Below, in pieces: positions 1-11,282 of a DNA stretch of 64,000 bases. Under the pieces are notes generated by a model that was given only the letters and a program-made list of their open reading frames with translations, was not told where the DNA came from and did not search any database. Position numbers and translations under genes: made by a program. Positions within the stretch are counted from its first letter, which is position 1, and each line of letters starts with the position of its first letter. This stretch comes from Hydrogenophilales bacterium CG_4_10_14_3_um_filter_58_23 (lineage in GTDB: Bacteria; Pseudomonadota; Gammaproteobacteria; Burkholderiales; Sulfuricellaceae), in NCBI GenBank assembly GCA_002784065.1, contig PFJY01000122.1:8597-72596 (forward strand), read 5' to 3'.

Positions 1-2
1 TG

Positions 3-2345
3 GACACCCGGCGGAAGGCGCACGGCTACAACGAGGTGGCCGAACAAAAATCCCACCCGGTACTCCTGTTTCTCGGCAAGTTCTGGGGCATATCGGCATG
101 GATGCTCGAAATGATTATGGTGTTGTCGGCCATCCTCGGGAAATACTCGGACCTCGCTATAGTGAGCGCGCTGCTGGTGGTCAATGCCGTGCTGAGCTTT
201 ATGCAGGAGCACCGCGCCGCCGGTGTTGTCGAGACGTTGCGGCGGCGCTTGCAGGTCAGCGCACGGGTGCTGCGCGAGGCGATCTGGCAGGTCATCCCCG
301 CCCGCGAGCTGGTTCCCGGCGACATCATCCGCGTGCGCTCCGGCGACATTATTCCGGCGGATGTGAAACTCCTCACCGGAGCCCTGAGCATTGACCAATC
401 CGCACTCACTGGCGAGTCGAAGGACGCGGACAAGACGCCCTCTGAAGTGCTCTCGTCGGGATCGGTCGTTCGCCGGGGCGAAGGCAACGGCGTGGTCATT
501 CTGACCGGGGCGAAGACCTACTTTGGCCGCACCACGGAACTGGTTCAGGAAGCGCATCCGAAGCTCCACATCGAAGCGGTGGTCGCCAAGGTGGTGCGCT
601 GGCTGTTCGTCATCGTCGGCGCGCTGCTCGGCCTGGTGATCGCGCTGTCGCTGATCCGGCACGTGGCGCTGCTCGAAATGATTCCGCTCATGCTCGTCCT
701 GTTGATGAGCGCGGTGCCGGTCGCTCTCCCGGTGATGTTCACGGTCAGCATGGCGGTCGGGGCGAAAGAGCTGGCGAAGCGCGGCGTGCTGGTCACGCGT
801 CTCAGCGCCACCGAGGATGCTGCGACGATGGACGTGCTTTGCGTGGACAAGACGGGCACGATTACGATGAACCAACTGGCCGTCACCGGCGTGATCCCAC
901 TGGAACACGCGACAGAATCCGACGTACTGTTTGCCGCCGCACTCGCATCTCAAGAGTCCAACCAGGACCCGATTGATCTGGCGTTCCTCGCCGCAGCAAA
1001 AGAGCGGCACGTCTTTGATCACTCAGATGCGGTCACGCCGGTATCCTTTGCGCCGTTTGATGCAACAAACCGGCGGACGGAAGCCGTGGTCGAACAGAAT
1101 GGCCAGCGGTTGCGCGTGATGAAAGGCGCTGTGCGCACCGTCGCCGAAGCCTGCGGGCTCCAGACCCCGGCGATCGAGGCGTTGGAGGCGCGGGTCAGCG
1201 AATCGGCACTGAAGGGCTATCGGACACTGGCGGTGGCGCGTGGCTCTGAGACCGGCACCCCCGCATTGCTTGGATTAGTGACCTTGTTTGACCCGCCCCG
1301 GTCGGACGCCAAGCAACTCATCGCCACACTCCGCGACCTCGGCGTTTCGGTGAAGATGCTTACCGGCGATGCGCTGGCGGTCGCGAGTGAAATCGCGCAA
1401 GGGGTGGGGCTGTCCAACATCCAGCGCGTGTCGGACCTGAAGGCCGCAAGCGCTCGGACTGGCAACGAGGCGGTGGACTTGCTGGCGGATGCCGATGGTT
1501 TCGCCGAGGTGTATCCAGAGGACAAATATATCGTGGTGCAGCACCTGCAGGCTGCGGGGCATGTGACCGGCATGACGGGCGACGGCGTTAACGATGCGCC
1601 CGCGCTGCGCCAGGCCGAAGTGGGTATCGCCGTCAGCACAGCGACCGATGTTGCCAAGGGTGCAGCCAGCGTGGTGCTGACCGAACCGGGGCTGACCAAC
1701 ATCGTGGCGTTGGTCGAGCAGGGGCGGACGATCTATCAGCGCATTCTGACGTGGATCATCAACAAGATCAGCCGGACGATCCTGAAGGCTGCCTTCGTGG
1801 CCATTGCCTTCGTAGTGACCGGCAAGTTCGTCGTTTCCGCCTTTGCGATGCTGCTGCTGGTCTTTATGACGGACTTCGCCAAGATCGCTCTTGCCACCGA
1901 CCACGTTCGACCATCCAATAAACCAGAGACATGGAACATCGGGGGCTTCATCACGGTGTCCGTGGTGCTGGGCGTCACGATGGTCTCGGAGGCGCTCCTG
2001 CTCTTGTGGATAGGCTGGTCGCGTTTTGGTTTGGCGACCAACGATAACGCTCTTTACACCTTCAGTTTTCAGACGTTGCTCTACATGGCCGCGTTCTCCA
2101 TCGTGTCCGCGCGGGAGCGCCGCTGGTTCTGGGCGACGAGGCCCGGCAAGACTCTCATCTCGGCTCTCGCGGCGGATGTGCTGATAGGCACCGTCCTGAC
2201 CTTCGTGGGTCTTCCGGGGCTCACGCCACTACCCTGGTGGCAGACGCTAGCGATTTTCGCCTATGCGATGGTGGCGTGCCTGGTCGTGAACGATGCCATA
2301 AAGGTTGCGATGATCAAATGGCGTGTTCCTGCGGCGGTAGCCTAG
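3..2345 (+). CDS. P-type IIIA (plasma-membrane-type) H+-transporting ATPase, 5' end outside window
   Basis: Frame open from position 3 (..HGYNEVAE..); TGES, PVALP, DKTGTIT phosphorylation site, KGA, MLTGD, TGDGVNDAPAL; TM6 Asp in FMTDFAK. Confidence 0.88.
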   Translation, partial: DTRRKAHGYNEVAEQKSHPVLLFLGKFWGISAWMLEMIMVLSAILGKYSDLAIVSALLVVNAVLSFMQEHRAAGVVETLRRRLQVSARVLREAIWQVIPARELVPGDIIRVRSGDIIPADVKLLTGALSIDQSALTGESKDADKTPSEVLSSGSVVRRGEGNGVVILTGAKTYFGRTTELVQEAHPKLHIEAVVAKVVRWLFVIVGALLGLVIALSLIRHVALLEMIPLMLVLLMSAVPVALPVMFTVSMAVGAKELAKRGVLVTRLSATEDAATMDVLCVDKTGTITMNQLAVTGVIPLEHATESDVLFAAALASQESNQDPIDLAFLAAAKERHVFDHSDAVTPVSFAPFDATNRRTEAVVEQNGQRLRVMKGAVRTVAEACGLQTPAIEALEARVSESALKGYRTLAVARGSETGTPALLGLVTLFDPPRSDAKQLIATLRDLGVSVKMLTGDALAVASEIAQGVGLSNIQRVSDLKAASARTGNEAVDLLADADGFAEVYPEDKYIVVQHLQAAGHVTGMTGDGVNDAPALRQAEVGIAVSTATDVAKGAASVVLTEPGLTNIVALVEQGRTIYQRILTWIINKISRTILKAAFVAIAFVVTGKFVVSAFAMLLLVFMTDFAKIALATDHVRPSNKPETWNIGGFITVSVVLGVTMVSEALLLLWIGWSRFGLATNDNALYTFSFQTLLYMAAFSIVSARERRWFWATRPGKTLISALAADVLIGTVLTFVGLPGLTPLPWWQTLAIFAYAMVACLVVNDAIKVAMIKWRVPAAVA

Positions 2346-2417
2346 CCCGTCGGATTTGTGCAATAAAAATTTGTTTTTGCCGAGTTTGGCTGAATGGTTG
2401 TAATCGCTAAAGCGACG

Positions 2418-2754
2418 ATGAATATTCTCCTGATAGAAGACAATCGCGATCTTGCGCTGAACCTGTTCGATTATTTCGAAGCCAAAGGCCATGCCATGGA
2501 CTTGGCTGAAGATGGGCTATCCGGGCTTCACCTTGCCGCATCGAATCAGTACGACGTTCTCATCCTGGACCTGATGCTGCCCGGTATCGATGGGCTGACT
2601 TTATGCCGGCGGCTACGGGAAGCAGGTAGACATACACCGGTTTTGATGCTCACTGCACGCGATTCGCTGGACGACAAGATCGCCGGACTGGAGGCGGGTG
2701 CCGACGATTATGTCGTGAAGCCGTTTGCGCTGCGGGAAGTGGATGCGCGCTTGC
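2418..2754 (+). pseudogene. OmpR-family response regulator, receiver domain only (DNA-binding domain lost)
   Basis: MNILLIEDN..LDLMLPGIDG..LTARDS..GADDYVVKPFALREVDARL, after which family similarity stops abruptly. Confidence 0.8.
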
Positions 2755-3873
2755 TTGTTGATCACGGTGGTTTTGCTGACCTGGGTCAGCTACGAGATCG
2801 GATACGCCGGTCTGGGTGGGAAGGTCGTGGGCATCGTGCCGCAGGGCTTGCCTACCCTCGGCATTCCTCTCCTTGACTGGAACGCCACCATGGCGCTCAT
2901 TCCCGCCGCATTCGTCATCGCGCTCATCAGTTTCATGGAGGCCATGTCCAGTTGCAAGGTCATTGCGATCAAGACCCGCCAACCTTGGGATGAGAACAAG
3001 GAACTTATTGGCCAGGGCTTGGCAAAGATTGCCTCGGCCTTCTGCCATTCCATGCCGGTCAGCGGGTCTTTTTCCCGTTCCGCCTTGAATCTCGCTACCT
3101 CTGCACAGACCTCTTTTTCTTCCATCGTCTCGGCGATATTCGTATTGCTGACGCTGCTGTTCTTTACCCCGTTGCTTTACCACCTGCCCAAGCCGGTTCT
3201 GGCAGCCGTCATCATGATGGCCGTCATCGGCCTGGTTAATTTCCGGTCGGTTGCCAATGCCTGGCGCGCCAGTCGTGACGACGGCATCGCAGCCATCGTC
3301 ACCTTTCTGACCACGCTCGCTTTTGCGCCTAATATCCAGAACGGCATACTCACCGGTATCATCCTTTCGCTGGCGTTGCTGCTTTACCGGATGATGCGGC
3401 CTCGTGTTGCCGATCTAGGCCTATATGAAGACGGAACGCTGCGGGATGCTCGTCGACACAATTTGCCTCTCTTGCATCCCAAACTTGGCGCAATTCGGTT
3501 CGATGGGGCGCTCCGGTTTATCAATGTTTCGTATTTCGAAGATGCACTTCTGACGTTAGAAAGAAAAAACCCATCGGTTCGCTACATCCTGGTGAAATGC
3601 GATGGGGTTAATTATCTGGATGCATCAGGCGTCGAGATGCTTTCCAGTTTAATCAGCCGTTTCAAAAATAACGGCATTACTTTGGGTTTCAGCGGCCTCA
3701 AAAAACAGGTTCGAGAAGTGATGGACAGTACCGGCCTGAGCCAAAAAATGGGTGCCGACAATATCTTCGCGACCGATCAGGAAGCCTTCGACCAGCTGTA
3801 CCAGCGCGGCGTGATCGACGTGAGAATAGGCCAGTCTCAAGAAGCCTTAGACCACTTGACCTGCGCGGCGTGA
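2755..3873 (+). pseudogene. SulP/SLC26 anion permease, C-terminal half plus STAS domain (N-terminus lost)
   Basis: NKELIGQGLAKIAS, GSFSRSALN, LPKPVLAAVI, STAS motif YLDASGVEML; ~370 aa with no start or RBS, begins mid-membrane domain. Confidence 0.8.
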
Positions 3874-3889
3874 TCGACGTGAGAATAGG
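3781..3889 (+). repeat. Imperfect ~60-bp-period tandem duplication at the sulP 3' end
   Basis: 3781-3830 vs 3841-3889; exact 27-bp core GCGCGGCGTGATCGACGTGAGAATAGG at 3804 and 3863. Confidence 0.9.
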
Positions 3890-3923
3890 TCACGCGTAAA
3901 CGAAGTTTTGCGCGAGGCTCCTT

Positions 3924-5564
3924 TTATTTGTGCCGCTTGAAGTAATTGATCAACCCGTTGGTGGAGGAATCGTGGCCGGAGATGGCTTTCTTGCCGTCAA
4001 GTTCCGGCAGGATTTTCTGCGCCAGTTGCTTGCCCAGTTCTACCCCCCATTGGTCGAAGGAATTGATGTTCCAGATCATGCCCTGGACGAATACCTTGTG
4101 CTCGTAGAGCGCGATCAACGCGCCCAGTGTTCTGGGGTCGAGCTTCTGGAACAAAATCGAGTTGGTCGGGCTGTTGCCCGGGAACACCTTGTGCGGCAGC
4201 AACTCTTTCAGGGCAGTGCCCTTCATACCTGCCGCTTCCAGTTCAGCGCGGGCTTCTTCCGCCGTTTTTCCCTTCATCAATGCCTCGGTCTGGGCGAAGA
4301 AGTTGGACAGCAGGATGGCGTGGTGCTCGCCGAGCGGGTGCTGGCTTTCAACCGGGACAATAAAATCCGCCGGCACCAGCCGGGTGCCCTGGTGGATCAG
4401 CTGGTAGAAAGCGTGCTGGCCGTTGGTGCCGGGTTCGCCCCAGATCACCGGGCCGGTGGTGTAATCGACGGTTTTGCCGTTGCGGTCGACATGCTTGCCA
4501 TTGCTTTCCATATCGAGCTGTTGCAGGTAGGCCGGGAAGCGCGCGAGGGATTGGTCGTAGGGCAGTACGGCGTGGCTGTGGGCACTCCAGAAGTTGGCGT
4601 GCCACATCCCGATCAGGGCCATGATTACCGGCATGTTGCCTTCCAGCGGGGCGCTGCGGAAGTGCTCGTCCATTTCGAATGCGCCCGTCAGCAAGGCCTC
4701 GAAATGATCCATGCCGATGAAAACGGCAATCGGCAGTCCGATCGCCGACCACAGCGAATAGCGTCCACCCACCCAGTCCCAGAATTCGAACATGTGCGCG
4801 GTGTCGATGCCGAACCGCGCGACGGCTGCGGTGTTGGTGGAAACGGCGACGAAATGCCGGGCAACCGCAGCCTCGTCACTCGCTGAGCGGAGCAGCCAGG
4901 CACGCGCGGAAGCCGCGTTGGTCATGGTTTCCTGGGTGGTGAAGGTCTTCGAGGCGACGATGAACAGCGTGGTCGCCGGGTCGAGCCGCTTCAGCGTTTC
5001 CGCCAGCTGGGTACCGTCGATATTGGAGACGAAGTGGGCATGCAGCCCCGGCTTGCCATAAGGCGCCAGCGCCAGGCAGGCCATTGCCGGGCCGAGATCG
5101 GAGCCGCCGATGCCGATGTTGACGATGTCGGTGATCGGCTTGCCGGTGTAGCCTTTCCAGTGACCCGAGCGCACGCTTTCCGAAAATTCGCGCATCTTGT
5201 CGAGCACGCGCCGCACTTCCGGCATGACGTCATGTCCATCGGCCATGACCGGACGGCTGGAGCGGTTGCGCAGCGCCGTATGCAGTACCGAGCGGTTCTC
5301 GGTGAAGTTAATTTTGTCGCCGACGAACATTTTTTCGCGCCAGCCTTCGACGTCCACTTTGCGCGCCAGCGCCGCCAACAGCGTCATGGTGTCGGCGTTG
5401 ATGCGGTTCTTCGAGTAATCAAACAGGATGCCGCAGGCTTCCAGGGAGAATTTGTCGAAGCGCCTGGGGTCGGCGGCGAACAGCTCGCGCATTGAAGTGG
5501 AGGCGAGTGTTTTCTGGTGTGTTTTCAGCGCCTGCCAGGGTTTTGAGCGGGTGAGGGTGGACAT
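3924..5564 (-). CDS. pgi: Glucose-6-phosphate isomerase
   Basis: [54 protein letters not shown]. Confidence 0.97.
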   Translation of the reverse strand: MSTLTRSKPWQALKTHQKTLASTSMRELFAADPRRFDKFSLEACGILFDYSKNRINADTMTLLAALARKVDVEGWREKMFVGDKINFTENRSVLHTALRNRSSRPVMADGHDVMPEVRRVLDKMREFSESVRSGHWKGYTGKPITDIVNIGIGGSDLGPAMACLALAPYGKPGLHAHFVSNIDGTQLAETLKRLDPATTLFIVASKTFTTQETMTNAASARAWLLRSASDEAAVARHFVAVSTNTAAVARFGIDTAHMFEFWDWVGGRYSLWSAIGLPIAVFIGMDHFEALLTGAFEMDEHFRSAPLEGNMPVIMALIGMWHANFWSAHSHAVLPYDQSLARFPAYLQQLDMESNGKHVDRNGKTVDYTTGPVIWGEPGTNGQHAFYQLIHQGTRLVPADFIVPVESQHPLGEHHAILLSNFFAQTEALMKGKTAEEARAELEAAGMKGTALKELLPHKVFPGNSPTNSILFQKLDPRTLGALIALYEHKVFVQGMIWNINSFDQWGVELGKQLAQKILPELDGKKAISGHDSSTNGLINYFKRHK

Positions 5565-5589
5565 AAATTTCCTTTACTGCGGAGTAGAC

Positions 5590-5675
5590 GTAGGGTGGGC
5601 ACGCTTTTGTGCCCACGCGGTGGGCGATCAGGCGTTGTTATTTCCGCGTGGGCACAAAAACGGTGCCCACCCTAC
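5590..5675. repeat. REP doublet (REPIN), GTAGGGTGGGCAC family
   Basis: GTAGGGTGGGCAC..GTGCCCACGCGG, spacer, then an inverted copy ending GTGCCCACCCTAC. Confidence 0.9.
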
Positions 5676-5695
5676 CTGTACTTTACCCATCGCTT

Positions 5696-7864
5696 TCATT
5701 CGGCCAAAGCCAATACGATCCCCGCAAGTGGCGGTACGGTGATGACGATGGAGTGCGGGTAGCCCATCCAGGGCGTATTCTCGGCAGCCACCCCTTCGCC
5801 GTTGCCCAGGTTGGAGCCGCCGTAATACCGGGAGTCGCTGTTGAGTATCTCCCGGTACAGGCCGGGTCGGGGTATTCCGATGCGGTAGCCGGGGCGCGGC
5901 ACCGGCGTGAAGTTCAGTATCACCGCCACGAACGCGCCATTGCGGTCGCGCCGCAGGTAAGAAAGCACCGACTGGTCGGCGTCGTGGCAATCGATCCAGG
6001 CAAAGCCGTCCGGGGTGAAATCCAGTTCGTGCAGGGCGGGCAGGTCGTGGTAGAGGCGGTTGAGGTCGCGCGACAGGCTTTTCATTCCCTCGTGCTGCTC
6101 GCGCTCCAGTAGCGGCCAGTCCAGCTCTCCGTCGATTCGCCATTCCCGTCCCTGGGCGAGTTCGTTGCCCATGAAGTTGAGTTTCTTGCCGGGGTAGGTC
6201 ATCTGGTAGGTGAGCAACAGGCGCAGGTTGGCGAATTTCTGCCAGCTATCGCCCGGCATTTTGTCGAGCAGCGAGCGCTTGCCGTGTACCACTTCGTCAT
6301 GGGAGAACGGCAGCACGAAATTCTCGGTGTAGGCATAAAGCTGTCCGAAGGTGAGCTCGTTGTGGTGGTAACGGCGGTGCACCGGATCGTTCTGCATGTA
6401 GGTCAGGGTGTCGTTCATCCAGCCCATGTTCCACTTCATCGAAAAGCCCAGGCCACCGAGGTATACCGGGCGCGATACCATCGGCCAGGAGGTGGATTCC
6501 TCGGCGAAGGTGAGTGCGCCGGGAAACTCGTTGTGCACCATGATGTTGAGGCTACGCAGGAATTCGATGGCTTCGAGATTTTCCCGTCCGCCGTACTTGT
6601 TCGGCAACCATTCTCCAGCTTTGCGGGAGTAGTCGAGGTAGAGCATGGAGGCGACCGCGTCCACGCGCAGGCCGTCGAAGTGGAACTCCTCCAGCCAGTA
6701 ATGGGCGCTGGACAACAAAAAGCCTTTTACCTCATATCGGCCGAAATTGAAGATGTGGGTGCCCCAGTCGCGATGCAGACCCAGACGCGGGTCTGCGTGC
6801 TCGTACAGGGCGGTGCCGTCGAAATTGGCGAGCGCCCAGGCATCTTGCGGGAAGTGCGCCGGCACCCAGTCGAGGATAACGCCGATGCCAGCCTGGTGGC
6901 AGGCGTCGACGAAGGCGCGCAGATCGTCCGGCGTGCCGTGGCGGGAAGTCGGCGCGAAGTAGCCGGTGGTTTGATAGCCCCAGGACTCGTCCAGCGGATG
7001 CTCGGAAATCGGCAGCAGCTCGATGTGGGTGTAACCCATTTCCTTGACATAGGGGACGAGACTTTCGGCCAGTTCGCGCCAGGTGTAGAAGCGCCCATCG
7101 GGGTGGCGCCGCCACGAACCGGCGTGGATTTCGTAGATGTTGAACGGCGCATGCAGCCAGTCGAGGTGCTTGCGCTTTTCCAGCCAGGCGCCGTCCTGCC
7201 AGGCATGGTCGGCAGGCGCAGTGATGCGTGCGGCGGTATTCGGGCGCAGTTCGAATTCTCTGGCGTAGGGGTCGGCTTTGACCCGCACCTGGCCGCTGTG
7301 GCGGTTGCGGATTTCGAATTTGTACAGGCTGCCGGGGGAAAGCCCGGGGATGAAAATTTCCCACACTCCCGAGCTTCCCAGGCTGCGCATCGGGTGGACG
7401 CGGCCGTCCCAGCGGTTGAAGTCGCCGACCACGCTGACTCTTTCCGCGTTCGGCGCCCACACCGCGAAGCGCACGCCCGCGATGCCGAGGCTGTCCATTG
7501 GCTGCGCGCCCAGCATGCGGTAGCCCTGATGGAGCCGGCCTTCGCCGAAAAGGAAGAGGTCATACTCGCTGAGGGTGCTGGGGAAAGAATAGGGGTCGTG
7601 GAAGGTTTTCAGTACCCCGTTTTGCAGGTGGCGCAGACGGCACGGAGCCGGCGGCGATTCCTTGCCATGCCATTCGAACAGGCCATGCGGGTCGGTTTTT
7701 TGCATGTCCTTCCAGGCATCTCCACTCTGTAGCCAGAGTTTCTCGGAAAAGGGCGCAAATACCCGGACTATCCAGCTTCCGTTGACTTGGTGGGTGCCGA
7801 GGAAGGCGAAAGGATCATGCAGCCGAGCTTGAAGCAAAGACTTAATCTGCGGATTGACTTTCAT
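5696..7864 (-). CDS. glgB: 1,4-alpha-glucan branching enzyme (GH13)
   Basis: [50 protein letters not shown]. Confidence 0.97.
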   Translation of the reverse strand: MKVNPQIKSLLQARLHDPFAFLGTHQVNGSWIVRVFAPFSEKLWLQSGDAWKDMQKTDPHGLFEWHGKESPPAPCRLRHLQNGVLKTFHDPYSFPSTLSEYDLFLFGEGRLHQGYRMLGAQPMDSLGIAGVRFAVWAPNAERVSVVGDFNRWDGRVHPMRSLGSSGVWEIFIPGLSPGSLYKFEIRNRHSGQVRVKADPYAREFELRPNTAARITAPADHAWQDGAWLEKRKHLDWLHAPFNIYEIHAGSWRRHPDGRFYTWRELAESLVPYVKEMGYTHIELLPISEHPLDESWGYQTTGYFAPTSRHGTPDDLRAFVDACHQAGIGVILDWVPAHFPQDAWALANFDGTALYEHADPRLGLHRDWGTHIFNFGRYEVKGFLLSSAHYWLEEFHFDGLRVDAVASMLYLDYSRKAGEWLPNKYGGRENLEAIEFLRSLNIMVHNEFPGALTFAEESTSWPMVSRPVYLGGLGFSMKWNMGWMNDTLTYMQNDPVHRRYHHNELTFGQLYAYTENFVLPFSHDEVVHGKRSLLDKMPGDSWQKFANLRLLLTYQMTYPGKKLNFMGNELAQGREWRIDGELDWPLLEREQHEGMKSLSRDLNRLYHDLPALHELDFTPDGFAWIDCHDADQSVLSYLRRDRNGAFVAVILNFTPVPRPGYRIGIPRPGLYREILNSDSRYYGGSNLGNGEGVAAENTPWMGYPHSIVITVPPLAGIVLALAE

Positions 7865-7964
7865 GGGGTGTCATGTTTCTATAAAGTCGAATATATTTGG
7901 ATTATAACGGCTGTTACCCGGCTTGCGGTATAATCCTTGCCTAACTATTAAGTGGAGGTTTATC

Positions 7965-9242
7965 TTGCAGAAAGAATATCCACGTTTTGTCAGCTTGTTG
8001 ACGAAAAATACCGTCGCACTGATTCTCGCTGGCGGCCGCGGCAGCCGTTTGAAACAACTGACCGAGTGGCGCACCAAGCCCGCCGTGCCGTTCGCCGGCA
8101 AGTTCCGCATCATCGACTTCCCCCTTTCCAACTGCGTCAATTCGGGTATCCGCCGCATCGGCGTCATCACCCAGTACAAAGCGCACAGCCTGTTGCAGCA
8201 TCTGCACCGCGGTTGGAGCTTCCTGCGCGGCGAATTCAACGAATTCGTCGAACTCATGCCGGCGCAGCAGCGCATCGACGAAGCCATGTGGTACCGTGGC
8301 ACCGCCGATGCGGTGTTCCAGAACATGGACATCCTGCGCAACTACGATCCGACCTATGTCCTGATTCTGGCGGGCGACCATGTTTACAAGATGGACTATG
8401 GCGAAATGCTGGCTTATCACGCCGCCAGCTCGGCCGACATGACGGTGGCTTGTCTCGAAGTGCCGATAGAAGACGCCAGGGGATTCGGCGTGATGTCGGT
8501 GGATGGGGAGCAGCGCGTCGTGGCCTTCAATGAAAAGCCGGAGCACCCGCAGCCGACTCCGGGCAATCCCGATAGGGCGCTGGCGAGCATGGGCATTTAC
8601 GTGTTCAACGCTGAATTTCTCTACGAGCAGTTGTTGCGTGATGCCGACGATCCGAGTTCCTCGCATGATTTCGGCAAGGATATCATCCCCTATGTCATGT
8701 CGCGCTACCGCATTTTCGCCCATCGCTTCTCCGATAGCTGCGTGTGTATGCCCGGGGGAGTCCCCTATTGGCGTGATGTGGGGACGGTGGATGCCTATTG
8801 GGAAGCCAATATGGAGTTCACCAAGGTCACCCCCGATCTTAACCTTTACGACAAGACCTGGCCGATCTGGACTTACCAGGCGCAACTGCCGCCCGCCAAG
8901 TTTGTGTTCGACGATGAGACCCGTCGCGGCGTGGCGGTAGATTCCCTGGTGTCGGGCGGTTGCATCATCAGCGGTGCGACGGTGCGCCGCTCGCTGCTGT
9001 TCTCCAATGTCTATGTCCATAGTTTTGCCGAGGTCAGCGATTCGGTCGTGTTGCCGGACGTGGACATCGGGCGTGGCGCGCGCCTGCACCGGGTGGTGGT
9101 GGACAATGGCTGCAAGATCCCGGAAGGGCTGGTAGTGGGGGAAAATCCCGAGGAGGATGCCAAGCGCTTTCACGTGACAAAAAAGGGGATCACTCTGATT
9201 ACGCCCGAGATGCTCGGGCAGCGACTGCACCAAGTTAGATAA
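7965..9242 (+). CDS. glgC: Glucose-1-phosphate adenylyltransferase
   Basis: [38 protein letters not shown]; TTG start 6 nt after GGAGG (7954-7958). Confidence 0.96.
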   Translation: MQKEYPRFVSLLTKNTVALILAGGRGSRLKQLTEWRTKPAVPFAGKFRIIDFPLSNCVNSGIRRIGVITQYKAHSLLQHLHRGWSFLRGEFNEFVELMPAQQRIDEAMWYRGTADAVFQNMDILRNYDPTYVLILAGDHVYKMDYGEMLAYHAASSADMTVACLEVPIEDARGFGVMSVDGEQRVVAFNEKPEHPQPTPGNPDRALASMGIYVFNAEFLYEQLLRDADDPSSSHDFGKDIIPYVMSRYRIFAHRFSDSCVCMPGGVPYWRDVGTVDAYWEANMEFTKVTPDLNLYDKTWPIWTYQAQLPPAKFVFDDETRRGVAVDSLVSGGCIISGATVRRSLLFSNVYVHSFAEVSDSVVLPDVDIGRGARLHRVVVDNGCKIPEGLVVGENPEEDAKRFHVTKKGITLITPEMLGQRLHQVR

Positions 9243-9258
9243 TATGTTTTGGTTTGAT

Positions 9259-9318
9259 GTCGCCTAAAGGCGCCTACTTTTGGTGGGCATCGCGATAAAG
9301 CTGCTCAGCCCAACCTAC
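9259..9318 (-). repeat. Single REP (GTAGGTTGGG family) with adjacent GTAGGCGCCT mini-module
   Basis: Reverse strand GTAGGTTGGGCTGAGC..GCCCACCA followed by AAAGTAGGCGCCTTTAGGCGAC. Confidence 0.75.
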
Positions 9319-9336
9319 AACTGATCCCTGAGTCCC

Positions 9337-11097
9337 ATGAAAAAACTTCACCTGATCCTGTGCTGGCACATGCACCAGCCGGATTACCGCAATTTTCGCA
9401 CGGGCGAATACCTGCTGCCGTGGACCTATTTGCACGCCATGAAGGATTATTCCGACATGGCTTATCACCTGGAAAGCCATCCCCAAGCCAAGTCGGTGTT
9501 CAATTTCGTTCCCGTGCTGCTGGATCAGCTGGAGGATTACAGCCGACAATTCGAGGAAGGCACGCTGCGCGATCCACTGCTCGCTTTGTTGGTCGAAAGG
9601 GATCTGAATGGCCTCTCTTCCATCAGGCGCCGGCTAATTTTTGACAGCTGTTTTCGCACTAACCATACCAAGATGATCGACCCTTACCCGGCCTACCGGC
9701 GGCTGAGCGATCTGCACAAGCACCATGCGCTGAACGGCGAGGCGAGCCTTGATTTTCTTTCCGGGCAGTATCTGGCGGATCTGCTGGTCTGGTACCACCT
9801 GGTGTGGTGCGGTGAAAGCGTGCGGCGCAGCAGCGAGCTGGTGGTCAATCTGATGGCGAAAGGTTCGCATTTCACCCTTGCCGACCGCCGTCAACTGTTC
9901 GATCTGATCGGGAAAACCATCCGGGGATTGATCCCGCGTTACCGTAGTTTGGCTGATTCCGGCCAGATTGAAATTTCCACTACGCCCCATTATCACCCCA
10001 TCGTGCCGCTGCTGATCGACTTCAAGGTAGCGCGGGAATCCATGCCTGGCGTCGACCTGCCCGAAGCGGCCTGTTATCCGGGCGGACTTGAGCGCGCTTC
10101 CTTCCATATTACGTCCGCGATCGAAAGTCACCGCGACCGTTTTGGTGTGGCGCCGCAGGGCGTCTGGCCCGCCGAGGGTGGCGTGTCGCAGGCGGCGGCG
10201 ACGGTGTTTGCCGAGCATGGCTGTCGCTGGATGGCGAGCGGAGAGACGGTGCTGGTTAACAGCCTGCGCGGGCTGGACGGGAACCGGCCGTTACCGGCCA
10301 GAATGAACTATCTCTATCGGCCTTACCGTCTTGCCACGGGCGATCATGAGATCATCTCTTTCTTCCGCGACGACAAGCTGTCGGACAAGATCGGCTTCGA
10401 ATATGCGCAGTGGTTCGGCCGGGATGCAGTGGGCAATTTCATTCATGAGCTGGAGGAAATCTGGCGGCATACGCCGGCAGGCGAGAGCCCTGTGGTCAGC
10501 GTTATTTTGGACGGGGAAAACGCCTGGGAGTATTACCCCTACAACGGTTATTACTTCCTCTCCGAGCTGTACGATGCGCTGGAGTCGCATCCTTTTATCC
10601 GCACCACCACCTTCAAGGATTATCTCGACGGCTGCGTGGAAAACAACGACATGCAGGCGCAATTGCCGCTGGGCCTGGTTGAGAACGCAGGAACAACGAG
10701 TCCGGTGATGGGCGAATTGCCCTACCTGGTTGCAGGCAGCTGGGTGTATGGCACGTTTTCCACCTGGATCGGAGAACCCGCAAAGAACCGCGCCTGGGAC
10801 CTGCTGTGCTCCGCCAAGCAAAGCTTCGATCTGGTCATAGGCAGCGGTCGCCTGGACAAGCAGGAAGCCGGCCTCGCACATAAACAGCTGGCCGATTGCG
10901 AAGGTTCAGACTGGTTCTGGTGGTTTGGCGATGACAACCCGCAGAACAGCGTAGAGAGTTTCGACAAGCTGTATCGGGATAATCTGGCGAACCTCTACCG
11001 GTTGCTGAAACTGCCCGTGCCGGAGCAGCTCGGCAAGCCGATCAGCCACGGCGGCGGCAGCCCCGAGGCGGGCGGCACGATGCGGCGGGCTGCTTGA
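9337..11097 (+). CDS. Glycoside hydrolase family 57 (amylopullulanase-like)
   Basis: WHMHQP, TPHYHPIVPLL, WPAEGGVS, ILDGENAWEYY, EGSDWFWW. Confidence 0.9.
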   Translation: MKKLHLILCWHMHQPDYRNFRTGEYLLPWTYLHAMKDYSDMAYHLESHPQAKSVFNFVPVLLDQLEDYSRQFEEGTLRDPLLALLVERDLNGLSSIRRRLIFDSCFRTNHTKMIDPYPAYRRLSDLHKHHALNGEASLDFLSGQYLADLLVWYHLVWCGESVRRSSELVVNLMAKGSHFTLADRRQLFDLIGKTIRGLIPRYRSLADSGQIEISTTPHYHPIVPLLIDFKVARESMPGVDLPEAACYPGGLERASFHITSAIESHRDRFGVAPQGVWPAEGGVSQAAATVFAEHGCRWMASGETVLVNSLRGLDGNRPLPARMNYLYRPYRLATGDHEIISFFRDDKLSDKIGFEYAQWFGRDAVGNFIHELEEIWRHTPAGESPVVSVILDGENAWEYYPYNGYYFLSELYDALESHPFIRTTTFKDYLDGCVENNDMQAQLPLGLVENAGTTSPVMGELPYLVAGSWVYGTFSTWIGEPAKNRAWDLLCSAKQSFDLVIGSGRLDKQEAGLAHKQLADCEGSDWFWWFGDDNPQNSVESFDKLYRDNLANLYRLLKLPVPEQLGKPISHGGGSPEAGGTMRRAA

Positions 11098-11101
11098 AGT
11101 G

Positions 11102-11274
11102 GTAGGTCGGGCACCCCGTGCCCGACAAAACCAAAATCACGGCCATCCGAATCATTTGTCGCCTGGAGGCGCCTACTTTTGTTGGGCACAGTGTGCCCAA
11201 CCTACCAAACTTTTGTTGGGCACAGTGTGCCCAACCTACCAAACTCAGCACTCAAGCACTCAGCACTCAGGACT
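11102..11274. repeat. REPIN (GTAGGTCGGGCAC family) with duplicated right arm, followed by ACTCAGC-type heptamers
   Basis: GTAGGTCGGGCACCCCGTGCCCGAC; TTTTGTTGGGCACAGTGTGCCCAACCTACCAAAC twice in tandem; ACTCAGC/ACTCAAGC x4. Confidence 0.88.
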
Positions 11275-11282
11275 TTATAATA

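Noticed and set aside
11118-11282. N-terminal extensions in the ORF track (GH57 at 11118, obgE at 35304, rplU at 36135, 43955, 49301, 51191)
   Set aside because: They run through REPs, leaders or upstream genes; downstream ATGs match family N-termini or have an RBS
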